From a bacterium (lineage in GTDB: Bacteria > SZUA-182 > DTGQ01 > JAFGSM01): DNA of 42,496 nucleotides. Shown here in pieces: positions 20,392-29,525 of the stretch. The DNA lies in assembly GCA_049472335.1 (NCBI GenBank), contig JBLIRO010000043.1:1-42496 (forward strand), read 5' to 3'. A program made the position numbers and the translations under genes. Numbering within the stretch: position 1 is the first letter of the stretch; the number at the start of each line of letters is the position of its first letter. The notes under the pieces were generated by a model that was given only the letters and a program-made list of their open reading frames with translations, ran no database searches and was not told the DNA's origin.

Positions 20392-22487
20392 GTTACCTTC
20401 CCATAAACACTACGCTCGACTTCTGTGTCCACCCCTCCAGAAAAGGGGAGAAATCCATGAGATGGAAATTCTAAATGATGATCATGCAAGAGGTTTCGTC
20501 CAACAATGGAAAGCTCCACATCTTTCCTTGGCTTCCAGCCAAGACGGGCATCCAATTCCGTATAGCTATTGACAAAAATGCCAAGATTGTCCACATATCT
20601 CAGTTCCAAATCAAGCTTCAGGTCACGGTAGAAATCGATTGAGGAATGGATCACGAATTGATGGTTCGGGCTGAATTCAGCCGGAGAAATATCAGGAGGT
20701 GGCGGCGGCGGCGGTTTCGGATAATTCGTGTCTTGATATGAAAAATTGGGATCCACAGGAGGAGAAGGGTAATGATGTTGAGTGATATGCATATTCAAGT
20801 ATGTATAAGATGCCTCAATACGCCACCATTCAAATACATCCCAGTTTGCAGATAATTCCAGCCCATAGGTTTCAGCCGCTGCATCGATATCGGTGTAAAT
20901 GTTTAGATGATCATATTCATTAAAATAGGATGCCAGATCCAGCGCAAAGGACCTTGTGAGTTGAATGCGATATCCTAGTTCATAGGCAATGAGATTTTCC
21001 GAATTTTTTAATCTTGGCGACCACATGAATGAGTAAGTATCGTACTCATAACGTGATGGTGTTCGAACAGCCCGGGAAACAGACGCCCATACATTTTGAA
21101 TGTCCGATGCTTTCCATAGCATCCGGATCCCAGGTTGGACTTCAAATCCGGTATAGTCATTATGTTCGAATTTAGATCCCAGTGTAAGACGAAACCTGTC
21201 ATTGATAATGGATATCTCATCCTGAAAAAAAGCGCTTATGATATTTGTAACACGGCTTTCGGGATCGAGGGGAGGACCCTCGGAATAATGTGGGGGAAAA
21301 GGGTTGTTGGGATCGTTCATATTGGGATCTGGTTCATAGTGTACAGGTTCATGTTTGAAAAATTCAAATTGATCACTAATGGAACGGTATCCAAAACCCC
21401 AGATGATTTCCTGGTAGTTGCCCAGTTTGAAATTATGCTGAAAGTCCATGTCAATGATGTCAAACTGTTCTTTGTATAGGAAACGAAAGCCATCATTTAT
21501 TTCCTGTTTTGTCTTGTCATAATATAGCTGAAGCGACATATCTGATGTATTCGAAATAGAGTGAGTCCATCGCGCAATCATATTGCCACCAGAGAAATTA
21601 TTTACAAAATCAAAGAATCCCATTTTTTCACTGTCCTCGCCATCGTATGTATCTCCTTGCACAGTCAATGAATCACTTCCTGAAAATGACCAGTCAAAAC
21701 GGCCTCCAAACCTCAAAGAATCCCATCCGTCGTCCTCATTTAATCTTATTTTTAGCCATGTATTTGATTTCTTCCAAAACTCATCCTTCTCAAAATATTT
21801 CAGATAGAATCTGCCGTAGGCGTTCTCTCCCAATTTTCCTCCGTAACGAAAAGCTCCGGATCTCTTCTCCTCATCACCCATGCTTGCTGTGACCAGACCA
21901 CCTTGTGTATGTTCTGCATTTTTTGTGATAATATTAATTACACCATTTACTGCGTTTGCACCCCATAATGTACTACCCGGCCCCCGGATGACTTCGATTC
22001 TCTCGATATCCTCAAAGAGGGTATCCTGCACGTTCCAGTAAACTCCCGAAAAAAGTGGCGTATACAGGCTCCTCCCATCCATCAGCACCAAAAGCTTATT
22101 GGCATAACGGTGATTGAATCCCCTGGCGCTTACTGCCCACGTACTGGAATCAATTTGTGCTACCTGAAATCCGGGTACGTTTCTTAATAGCTCGGGTAAG
22201 CTTGTGGCGCCCGATCTTCTAATATCCTCATGTGTGATAACAGTAATGGCAGATGTCGCCTCTGAAAGTTTCTGGGGCCTTTTTAATACTGAGATTATAG
22301 TAACCTGCTTAAGTTCCTCGAGACTGAAAGACGTAAAGTCAATGGATTCTCCCTGATCTTTCTCTGTGGCACAACAAATCGGAACTAAAAATTCAAAAGC
22401 AAAAAAACAAAATGTTAAAAAGAATAAGACCGAAAAGAGGACACTGCGCCATCTATATTTATTTTTTTTATTAAAATAAAATTTCAT
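20379..22487 (-). CDS. TonB-dependent outer-membrane receptor (YfiR-associated type)
   Basis: Plug motifs LSEATSAITVIT.EDIRRSGA, LVLMDGRSLY, IERIEVIRGPGSTLWGANAVNGVINIIT; C-terminal Phe. Confidence 0.93.
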   Translation of the reverse strand: MKFYFNKKNKYRWRSVLFSVLFFLTFCFFAFEFLVPICCATEKDQGESIDFTSFSLEELKQVTIISVLKRPQKLSEATSAITVITHEDIRRSGATSLPELLRNVPGFQVAQIDSSTWAVSARGFNHRYANKLLVLMDGRSLYTPLFSGVYWNVQDTLFEDIERIEVIRGPGSTLWGANAVNGVINIITKNAEHTQGGLVTASMGDEEKRSGAFRYGGKLGENAYGRFYLKYFEKDEFWKKSNTWLKIRLNEDDGWDSLRFGGRFDWSFSGSDSLTVQGDTYDGEDSEKMGFFDFVNNFSGGNMIARWTHSISNTSDMSLQLYYDKTKQEINDGFRFLYKEQFDIIDMDFQHNFKLGNYQEIIWGFGYRSISDQFEFFKHEPVHYEPDPNMNDPNNPFPPHYSEGPPLDPESRVTNIISAFFQDEISIINDRFRLTLGSKFEHNDYTGFEVQPGIRMLWKASDIQNVWASVSRAVRTPSRYEYDTYSFMWSPRLKNSENLIAYELGYRIQLTRSFALDLASYFNEYDHLNIYTDIDAAAETYGLELSANWDVFEWWRIEASYTYLNMHITQHHYPSPPVDPNFSYQDTNYPKPPPPPPPDISPAEFSPNHQFVIHSSIDFYRDLKLDLELRYVDNLGIFVNSYTELDARLGWKPRKDVELSIVGRNLLHDHHLEFPSHGFLPFSGGVDTEVERSVYGKVTCLF

Positions 22488-22527
22488 GTATTCCTCCGAT
22501 TTTTTTTCATTTAGCTAAATTTATAAG

Positions 22528-22543
22528 TTCAAATACTGTGCCA
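22528..22543 (-). promoter_or_regulatory. sigma54-like -24/-12 promoter of the TonB receptor operon
   Basis: TGGCAC-AGTAT-TTGAA on the minus strand, 40 bp upstream of ATG 22487. Confidence 0.65.
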
Positions 22544-22618
22544 TGATAATAATACCAATTAACTGTATGTAAAATCAACAAAATTCATCATAAAATAAAA
22601 AACCTTTTGTAAGTAATT

Positions 22619-22693
22619 CGACTATGCGGACGAAGGTACTCTTATCTTTATAATAATAATGTTACTTTAGCAACTCTCACGACCGTTTAGTCG
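22619..22693. promoter_or_regulatory. Two palindromic putative activator sites
   Basis: CGACTATGCGGACG (22619-22632) and CGACCGTTTAGTCG (22680-22693), between divergent sigma54-like promoters. Confidence 0.6.
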
Positions 22694-22770
22694 GATTTTA
22701 TAACAGTATAATATATGCTCAAGTGTAATTAATCACAATTTTTCAGATCATTAATGTACTATTCAGTTTT

Positions 22771-22786
22771 TGGCATGATTATTGAG
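22771..22786 (+). promoter_or_regulatory. sigma54-like promoter of the REC fragment-hypothetical-porin unit
   Basis: TGGCAT-GATTA-TTGAG. Confidence 0.6.
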
Positions 22787-22890
22787 TTATAAAAATTAAA
22801 GAATCGTAAAAAATGTTCATGATGAAAAATATGTAGCAGATTAAAAAGGAGCCCGAAAGTATGATATATCTAAAGAAGGAGAATAACTTA

Positions 22891-23076
22891 ATGCCTCAAA
22901 AGGTTTTAATTGTGGAAGATTCAAAATTGCAATCCAAATTTTATTTTATTATATTAAATAATTATCCGAAATGTGAATTATTCTTTGCAGCGAACAGACT
23001 TGAAACATTGAATCTTTTTGATTTGCAAAAAGATATCGATCTGATTGTTTCGGACATAAACATGCCGATTATGTAA
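22891..23076 (+). pseudogene. Truncated CheY-like receiver domain
   Basis: MPQKVLIVEDS...DLIVSDINMPIM* is about half a REC domain; the rest is not seen in other frames; AAGGAG RBS. Confidence 0.75.
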
Positions 23077-23107
23077 GATTTTGTTATCTTAATCGGCGGG
23101 GATATGA

Positions 23108-23737
23108 ATGAATTATCTGCTTTTAATACATCTGATCTTTACCATTTGTGTATTGATTGACGGACACAAACTAAAATTAAATATTATACCATGGGCGATC
23201 GGAACAATAATACTCGGTCCTATTATTCTTCCTCTCTATATTTCCAAACGCCACGTAAAGGGGAAAGAGTTACGGGAAGTTTTCAAGTGGCAAAAACTAT
23301 TTACCGGGCTTGCCCTATTTTGGGCGATTTTATTGGCGTTGATCGGCATTTGGGGCAGGAATACCCCTATCGATATACTAAAAGAGGAATCCCTGGAATA
23401 TCGGCTCGCGGTCATAAACACCGGAGGCCATAACAGTGAGAAAGATGATACCATTGGCCGTTTTCGCTCTTTGCTTTCACAGTTATCGGACAACTATATA
23501 GAGGACACACAGCAAATTGCAAATATGTCCGTAATAGTCCGTGATAGATTGAGCTCAAACGGCATTGATGAATCTTTGTTGAATATCATGGAAGGCCTTA
23601 ATCAAATCTTATGGCCACAGGATTCCCCAAAAAAGAGATATTCTGAATACGCATTTACCTATGCAGGTTTGAGAAATAAGGGATTATCCCATCAAGAGGC
23701 AATTGAAACCTTACAGAGTGTTGCGAGCGGTTATTGA
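23108..23737 (+). CDS. Hypothetical membrane protein (about 3 TM plus soluble C-terminal domain)
   Basis: 209-aa ORF with hydrophobic N-terminal segments; 7 bp from the porin gene. Confidence 0.75.
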   Translation: MNYLLLIHLIFTICVLIDGHKLKLNIIPWAIGTIILGPIILPLYISKRHVKGKELREVFKWQKLFTGLALFWAILLALIGIWGRNTPIDILKEESLEYRLAVINTGGHNSEKDDTIGRFRSLLSQLSDNYIEDTQQIANMSVIVRDRLSSNGIDESLLNIMEGLNQILWPQDSPKKRYSEYAFTYAGLRNKGLSHQEAIETLQSVASGY

Positions 23738-23744
23738 TTAGATA

Positions 23745-25028
23745 ATGGATATTAACAAGAGTCCTTTTTGTCCAATCCTCTCAGTATTTATACTGGTATT
23801 GCTTATCTTTTTTTCTACACACCTTTTCTCTGAAGAGATAAAGCCCGGACTTATTAAGCCCTTGACTCGGCCGGGCCGCCGGGTTTTTCAAAAAAGAAGA
23901 AGGGACAAAGATAATGACTTGAGTCAAGATAAGGACAAGGAAAAGAATAAGGATATTGATATGGATATGGATAAAAAGAAAGCAGACTTAAAGCTAGGTG
24001 TGACCCTGATGTGGGACTATGACCAGTTTAACGGTATTCATAGAAACAGGAAACAAAAAAACTACCAGGTAGTCAACAAGACGGAATTAAGACGGGCTAG
24101 TATTGATATAGAGTGTGAGATTGACGATGATTGGCAGGTGGAATTCCAGGTGAGTTTTGAAGATGAAGACCAGGCGCCGGAGATAGAGGATGCCTTCATT
24201 TCTTTTACCGGATGGAATAATTTTGCCTTTATGATCGGGCAGACAAAGGAACCCTTCGGATTAGAAGAGTTAACCAGTTCCAAGCAAATCAGCATGATTG
24301 AACGATCCATGGCAACCAATGCATTTGCGCCAGGGAATCATCCAGGTTTTGAGATATCCGGGCATCAAAGACCTTTTACCTGGGCTATTGGGGTTTATGA
24401 AGCCGAAGACAATGAAAACAAAAGGGATACATATGCTTTGACCGGCCGTTTTGTCTTCACTCCATGGGAATATGAAAAGCGTATTCTGCATATGGGGGTT
24501 GCCGGATCTTTTAGAGATTTTAATGGAGAAGAATATAGAATTGAAACCCATGCCGAGGTACACACTGCTGAAGAGATTGTAAGAAGCGTTGAAACCCCGG
24601 CGGATGAAGTTCAGCTTTTGGGCCTGGAATTAGTATCGATTTTCGGACCCTTTTCAATGCAGGCGGAATATATGAATGCAAGGATTAAAGCGTCCGTTGG
24701 CAACGATGCTTCCTATGCTGGTTATTATATACAGGGAAGCTATTTTTTAACCGGTGAAACACGTTCATATAAAAAGGGAACATTTAAATCAATAAAACCT
24801 CTCAACACATATGGCGCCCTGGAATTGCTGTCCCGCTATAGCTTTCTCGATGCAGAGGACAACAATAATGGTGTTCGCGTCTCAAATTACACATTGGGCG
24901 CGAATTATTATTTAAATAAATGGATTCGGCTTATGGCCAATTATATACAGACAACCCTCATAGATGGGGTTTCAGAAGTGAAATGTAAAGCCGATGCTAT
25001 TTCTTTTCGGATGCAGTTCGACTTCTGA
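23745..25028 (+). CDS. Phosphate/pyrophosphate-selective porin, OprO/OprP family
   Basis: Signal peptide; ELRRA, GQTKEPFGLEELTSS...IERS, QAEY, SYFLTGETRSY, ELLSRYS, LGANYYLN; C-terminal QFDF. Confidence 0.9.
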   Translation: MDINKSPFCPILSVFILVLLIFFSTHLFSEEIKPGLIKPLTRPGRRVFQKRRRDKDNDLSQDKDKEKNKDIDMDMDKKKADLKLGVTLMWDYDQFNGIHRNRKQKNYQVVNKTELRRASIDIECEIDDDWQVEFQVSFEDEDQAPEIEDAFISFTGWNNFAFMIGQTKEPFGLEELTSSKQISMIERSMATNAFAPGNHPGFEISGHQRPFTWAIGVYEAEDNENKRDTYALTGRFVFTPWEYEKRILHMGVAGSFRDFNGEEYRIETHAEVHTAEEIVRSVETPADEVQLLGLELVSIFGPFSMQAEYMNARIKASVGNDASYAGYYIQGSYFLTGETRSYKKGTFKSIKPLNTYGALELLSRYSFLDAEDNNNGVRVSNYTLGANYYLNKWIRLMANYIQTTLIDGVSEVKCKADAISFRMQFDF

Positions 25029-25145
25029 TTTTTATTTCCTATTCCCAGCGATCCGTATTTGAAGGTTTTGTTGCTTTTTTTCTGATTACAACATACAGCC
25101 ATTCTTGCTTAAATTAGTATTCCTTTTTTGTTTAATTACATAATT

Positions 25146-25179
25146 CGCCCGCGTGGTCTTAAATTCGACCATATGGGCG
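25146..25179. promoter_or_regulatory. Tandem pair of putative activator palindromes upstream of the VTC operon
   Basis: CGCCCGCGTGGTCT (25146-25159) and CGACCATATGGGCG (25166-25179), starts 20 bp apart. Confidence 0.55.
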
Positions 25180-25301
25180 AGCCATTATGCCTTTATACTG
25201 TGTTTAGTTTTAAATTTTTTTAGCACTTATTATTAATCCGCTACAAGAAAATAAAATATTATGATAATATTAGATTAATGTTAAATTTTTGTAAATTTTT
25301 T

Positions 25302-25317
25302 TGGCACGTTAATTGAT
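25302..25317 (+). promoter_or_regulatory. sigma54-like promoter of the VTC-DUF4956 operon
   Basis: TGGCAC-GTTAA-TTGAT; a second TGGCACAGTAT with a poor -12 lies at 25373. Confidence 0.65.
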
Positions 25318-25404
25318 ATAGAAGGAACTATAGTTAAATTTCAGTTGCTTGTTTCAACAGGGTATTAATCTTTGGCACAGTATATTCATTAACATAATGA
25401 AAAA

Positions 25405-26139
25405 ATGGGATTCACACACATGATAGAGAGAGAAGGTCTGCATTTGAGACATGAATTAAAGTACTACATTGATCCGCCGCAGTACCGTATCCTTCGAAGC
25501 AGGCTTTCCGCTCTTTTACCTTTGGACCCGCACGCGGGTCCAAACGGCAGATATCACATCAGAAGCTTATACTTCGATGATTTCAAAAACACTGCATTTT
25601 TTGAAAAACAGGCTGGAGTAGCCCGTCGTAAAAAATACCGCATGCGCATTTATGATCATAGCGACGCGGTGATCAAGCTCGAAAAGAAGGTCAAGCTGGA
25701 CCAATATATAGGTAAAGAAAGCACCAGTCTTACCCGTGAAGAGGCTGACAGAATATTGTCCGGTGATATCTCCTTTCTGGCATTTTCTGAAAAGCGCCTT
25801 CTAAGGACATTTTATCTGGAGAGCAGGCGTAATCTTTTACGCCCTAATGTGATTGTAGATTACTATCGTGAGGCCTATATACATCCTATGGGTAATGTCC
25901 GGATCACATTTGACATAGGTGTTCACACCGGTCTTAACTGTTTGGCGATCTTTGATAAGGATATTTTCACCGTTGGGGCCATCGAGGAAGCGGGTGTTAT
26001 TTTAGAGGTAAAGTATGATAATTTTATGCCCCAGGCCATTAGGGGACTGTTTCCCAGTACAATTCGACTCCGTCTGTCTGTAGGAAAATTTGTCATATGT
26101 AAAAAATATCACAAATATAACGACTGGGAGGACAATTGA
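25405..26139 (+). CDS. VTC (polyphosphate polymerase)-domain protein, CYTH/TTM superfamily
   Basis: RHELKYY, IRSLYFD, KYRMRIY, LEKKVK, YYREAY, VRITFD, ILEVKY, SVGKF. Confidence 0.9.
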   Translation: MGFTHMIEREGLHLRHELKYYIDPPQYRILRSRLSALLPLDPHAGPNGRYHIRSLYFDDFKNTAFFEKQAGVARRKKYRMRIYDHSDAVIKLEKKVKLDQYIGKESTSLTREEADRILSGDISFLAFSEKRLLRTFYLESRRNLLRPNVIVDYYREAYIHPMGNVRITFDIGVHTGLNCLAIFDKDIFTVGAIEEAGVILEVKYDNFMPQAIRGLFPSTIRLRLSVGKFVICKKYHKYNDWEDN

Positions 26140-26140
26140 T

Positions 26141-26809
26141 ATGGGAACCTTAAATCAATTAATAAATACACTGGGAGGCTTGTCTTTCGTGGACCGGCCC
26201 CTGACCATACAGAGGGTAATACTAACATTGCTTATCACCTTTGCCGTGGCCCTTTTCATATTCTATATCTATCGCAAAACCTTCAAAGGTGTTCTTTATA
26301 CACGAAATTTTAATATTGGACTGGTCATGACCGCATTAGTGACAGCGCTCATCATTATGCCAATCAGCTCCAATATTATCCTATCCCTGGGCCTGGTTGG
26401 AGCATTAAGCATTGTGCGCTTTCGCACTGCCATAAAAGATCCCATAGACATAGTATTCATGTTTTGGGCAATCGCGGTGGGACTTACCTGTGGCGCTGGC
26501 TTTTATATGGTTGCCATTGTAGGGAGTCCTATGATCGGGCTATTCGTATTCTTGTTGAGCCGGGCGAATTTTGGAAGCACAGATCCTTATCTCCTGGTTA
26601 TTCAACATAACAATGGAACCGAATCCGAGATCCAAAAGTTCCTGCCCGCGCACAGACTTCAATCAAGGACAGTTAACTCCAACGGTGTAGAATTGATGCT
26701 TGAGGTACGAATACATTCTGACGATGCAACTTTAGTGGACAAACTTTTAAAGATCGACGGTGTCAAGCATGCCGCACTGATTAGCTACAATGGTGACTAT
26801 GTATCTTGA
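26141..26809 (+). CDS. DUF4956 membrane protein
   Basis: YIYRKTF.GVLY, SNIILSLGLVGALSIVRFRTAIKDP, FWAIAVGL.CGAG; start ATG 26141 (GGAGG RBS) lies 1 bp after the VTC stop. Confidence 0.9.
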   Translation: MGTLNQLINTLGGLSFVDRPLTIQRVILTLLITFAVALFIFYIYRKTFKGVLYTRNFNIGLVMTALVTALIIMPISSNIILSLGLVGALSIVRFRTAIKDPIDIVFMFWAIAVGLTCGAGFYMVAIVGSPMIGLFVFLLSRANFGSTDPYLLVIQHNNGTESEIQKFLPAHRLQSRTVNSNGVELMLEVRIHSDDATLVDKLLKIDGVKHAALISYNGDYVS

Positions 26810-26840
26810 AATATTAATAGATCATTAAGGATTAATCAAG

Positions 26841-27857
26841 ATGAATGTTATGGACATATGGTTTAGAAAAATCTGGAAAAGAAGATATATTTTTCTGACA
26901 TTATTATTTTCAGGACTGTTTCTCATAACCTTGATCGGAAGGGAAAAAAGCGTTTCCCAAAATAAAGACTATCTAACAAAAGAACAATGGTATAATAAAA
27001 CAAACAATTTTATATTTCCTTACACACTTACGCAACCCTCACGGAAATTCAAGATGCCTCGATGTTTGGACGAGATTTCCGGTTTGTCCTATCTGGAACG
27101 AAATAAACTGGTTTGTATTCAGGATGAAAAAGGGACTATTTATATTTTTGATCTGGAGAAAGGAAAAATAACAAAAAAATTAAAATTCGGCGAGGAAAAA
27201 GACTATGAAGATGTAGAGGTCGTTAATAAAAATACCTTTATTTTACAAAGCAATGGAAACATCCTTAAGCTAAAGAACCTTGATTCGAATATCCCAAAGA
27301 TAAAAAAATATAACACATTACTTTCGGGAAGGAATGATGCTGAAGGATTGGCCTTTGATAAAGATTCCAATGTATTGCTAATTGCCTGTAAGGATTCTCC
27401 TTATCTGAAAAAGAAACGCAATGATGATTTGACTGGGAAAAAGGCCGTATATAGCTTTGATTTGCAAACGAAAAAGATTTCCAGAGAACCTGCCTGGATA
27501 ATCGACATTGACGATTTAATGGATATCGGGAGACGTTATTCTTCAAAAAGATCCCTTATCGGAAATTTTAATTTATTCAATCCACGAAAAAGTGATATCA
27601 ATTTCCGGCCTTCCGGCATTGCCATACATCCTAAAACCAATGATATATATATTATTTCCTCAGCCGACAGGATGCTTATTGTCATGGATCGAAAAGGAAA
27701 AATTATTACAGCTAAAAAATTAAACAAAAAGATCTTCAAACAGCCGGAAGGAATCTGTTTTAGCCCTGAGGGGGATCTTTTTATTTCAAATGAAAGGAAC
27801 GGCAGCAAGGCAAACATTCTGATGTTTAGTTATAAAAAACAGGTAAAAAATTATTAA
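26841..27857 (+). CDS. SdiA-regulated/YjiK-like beta-propeller protein with N-terminal membrane anchor or signal
   Basis: LDEISGL, IQDEKG, DYEDV, DAEGL, FRPSGIAIHP, KQPEGICF..GDLFISNE. Confidence 0.82.
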   Translation: MNVMDIWFRKIWKRRYIFLTLLFSGLFLITLIGREKSVSQNKDYLTKEQWYNKTNNFIFPYTLTQPSRKFKMPRCLDEISGLSYLERNKLVCIQDEKGTIYIFDLEKGKITKKLKFGEEKDYEDVEVVNKNTFILQSNGNILKLKNLDSNIPKIKKYNTLLSGRNDAEGLAFDKDSNVLLIACKDSPYLKKKRNDDLTGKKAVYSFDLQTKKISREPAWIIDIDDLMDIGRRYSSKRSLIGNFNLFNPRKSDINFRPSGIAIHPKTNDIYIISSADRMLIVMDRKGKIITAKKLNKKIFKQPEGICFSPEGDLFISNERNGSKANILMFSYKKQVKNY

Positions 27858-27915
27858 AGGAACCGTATTAGTTTTTTTAAAAGAGTCTTATAAAGAAAAA
27901 AAAAGGAGTTAACGG

Positions 27916-29508
27916 ATGTTTTTTATGAGATGGATATTTTGGGATGGGCAGATTAATAAATTGAATTTTAAAAAAGGTAAATTGTACCTTTTAATAAGTG
28001 CTTTGGGCCTTTCTTTTCTCCTATTTACGTTCCTGCCCATCCCTATCATTCCGGGCAATAGCACCCGGGCATTTGCAAAACTCTATATAAATGAATTTAT
28101 GGCCGATAATGATAACACAATTGAGGACCCTAATGAATCAGGGGCTTTTGAAGACTGGATCGAGATCTACAATTCAGGCAGCTCGAAAGTCAATATGGGC
28201 GGCATGTACCTGACAGACGATCCTAACGATCCTACGAAGTGGCAGATCCCTGCCGGTGTTTCTATTCAGCCTGGCGGATATTTGCTCTTTTGGGCCGACA
28301 ATGACGAGGAACAGGGTAGTACCCACACAAGCTTCAATTTGAATAAAGATGGAGAGGAGATAATATTGCTCGCATCAGATCATACAACCGTGCTCGATTC
28401 CATCAAATTTGACGAGCAGATGCCCGATGTTTCATATGGAAGATATCCGGATGGCTCTTCTTCATGGGGCTTTATGATTGCGACTCCCGTCACGCAAAAC
28501 AGTCAACATAATACTCCACCCCAAATTGCCGGCCTGAAGCATACTCCGAACATACCCGGTGAAGACGAACCGGTTTGGGTTACTTGCATTGTTACTGATG
28601 ACGGAACATTGTCAAATGTTCGTCTTTTATACGACGCGGGCGACGGATTTGTGTCTGTCTCGATGAGCGATGACGGCACGCATAACGACGGAGGGAGCGG
28701 CGACGGTCTTTTCGGGGCACAGATCCCTGCCTTTTCAAAAGACACGGTCATAAATTATTATGTCAGTGCAACTGACAACCTCGGATCACAAACCATGGAT
28801 CCGGTTACCGCCCCAGATACAACCTATTCATATGCAGTGGGTTATGTGGCACCCTTGGTTTATATTAACGAGTTTATGGCCGACAATGACAGCGTCATTG
28901 CAGACCCTAACGATCCAAACAGTTTTGAAGACTGGATAGAGCTTTATAATGCCGGTGAAAATACAATTGATCTCGGCGGGATGTATATGACCGATGATTT
29001 GACCAATCCCGCTAAATGGCAGATCCCCTCCGGTATTACTATCCCTTCGGGAGGCTATCTGTTTTTTTGGGCTGACAACGATGATGAAGAAGGCATCTTT
29101 CATACAAATTTCAATTTGAATAAGGATGGTGAACAAATCGGATTGTTTGACACAGATTCAAGAGGGAATATGTTGATCGATAAAGTTGTGTTCGGCGAGC
29201 AGATCATAGATATCTCTTTCGGAAGGTTATGTGATGGCGAAGAACCCCTGGTGTTTTTTGAAAATTCAACACCTGACTATTCTAATACATTCCCTGCCGG
29301 CATGAATAACTATATATGCAGGTTTTCACAAACTACAAATAGCTATTCGGTAATAAATAAAATATGTGCGGACCCGGCCTTAATCAATTTTCTCAATGCT
29401 GTCTCTGGCAAGTGGGAGGCTGCATATGTTTTTTGGGATAAACCCACGGGTCAGAATTTTTCAATAGAGCCGGATCAGGACTATATAATATCGATAATCT
29501 CATTCTAG
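27916..29508 (+). CDS. Exported protein with two lamin-tail domains (LTD) flanking a DDG..DG..GDG acidic module
   Basis: Twice YINEFMADND..DWIE.YN..GMY.TDD..KWQIP..WADND..H..F.L.KDGE; central MSDDGTHNDGGSGDGLFGAQIP. Confidence 0.88.
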   Translation: MFFMRWIFWDGQINKLNFKKGKLYLLISALGLSFLLFTFLPIPIIPGNSTRAFAKLYINEFMADNDNTIEDPNESGAFEDWIEIYNSGSSKVNMGGMYLTDDPNDPTKWQIPAGVSIQPGGYLLFWADNDEEQGSTHTSFNLNKDGEEIILLASDHTTVLDSIKFDEQMPDVSYGRYPDGSSSWGFMIATPVTQNSQHNTPPQIAGLKHTPNIPGEDEPVWVTCIVTDDGTLSNVRLLYDAGDGFVSVSMSDDGTHNDGGSGDGLFGAQIPAFSKDTVINYYVSATDNLGSQTMDPVTAPDTTYSYAVGYVAPLVYINEFMADNDSVIADPNDPNSFEDWIELYNAGENTIDLGGMYMTDDLTNPAKWQIPSGITIPSGGYLFFWADNDDEEGIFHTNFNLNKDGEQIGLFDTDSRGNMLIDKVVFGEQIIDISFGRLCDGEEPLVFFENSTPDYSNTFPAGMNNYICRFSQTTNSYSVINKICADPALINFLNAVSGKWEAAYVFWDKPTGQNFSIEPDQDYIISIISF

Positions 29509-29525
29509 TTTCTCTCCTTTTTTCC

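Noticed and set aside
3603..21892. Numerous short ORFs opposite or inside ptsP, carA, epmA/efp, tol-pal, nagZ, the kinases and the TBDR
   Set aside because: They overlap well-supported genes and show no independent coding evidence
25373..25388. Second TGGCACAGTAT upstream of VTC as a separate promoter
   Set aside because: The -12 element is ATTC and it is very close to the start codon; kept only as a note
25029..25404. Pho boxes upstream of the phosphate-related genes
   Set aside because: No convincing CTGTCAT 11-bp direct repeats seen
26090..26140. ORF-track start of DUF4956 at 26090
   Set aside because: Overlaps the VTC gene; ATG 26141 has a GGAGG RBS and directly follows the VTC stop
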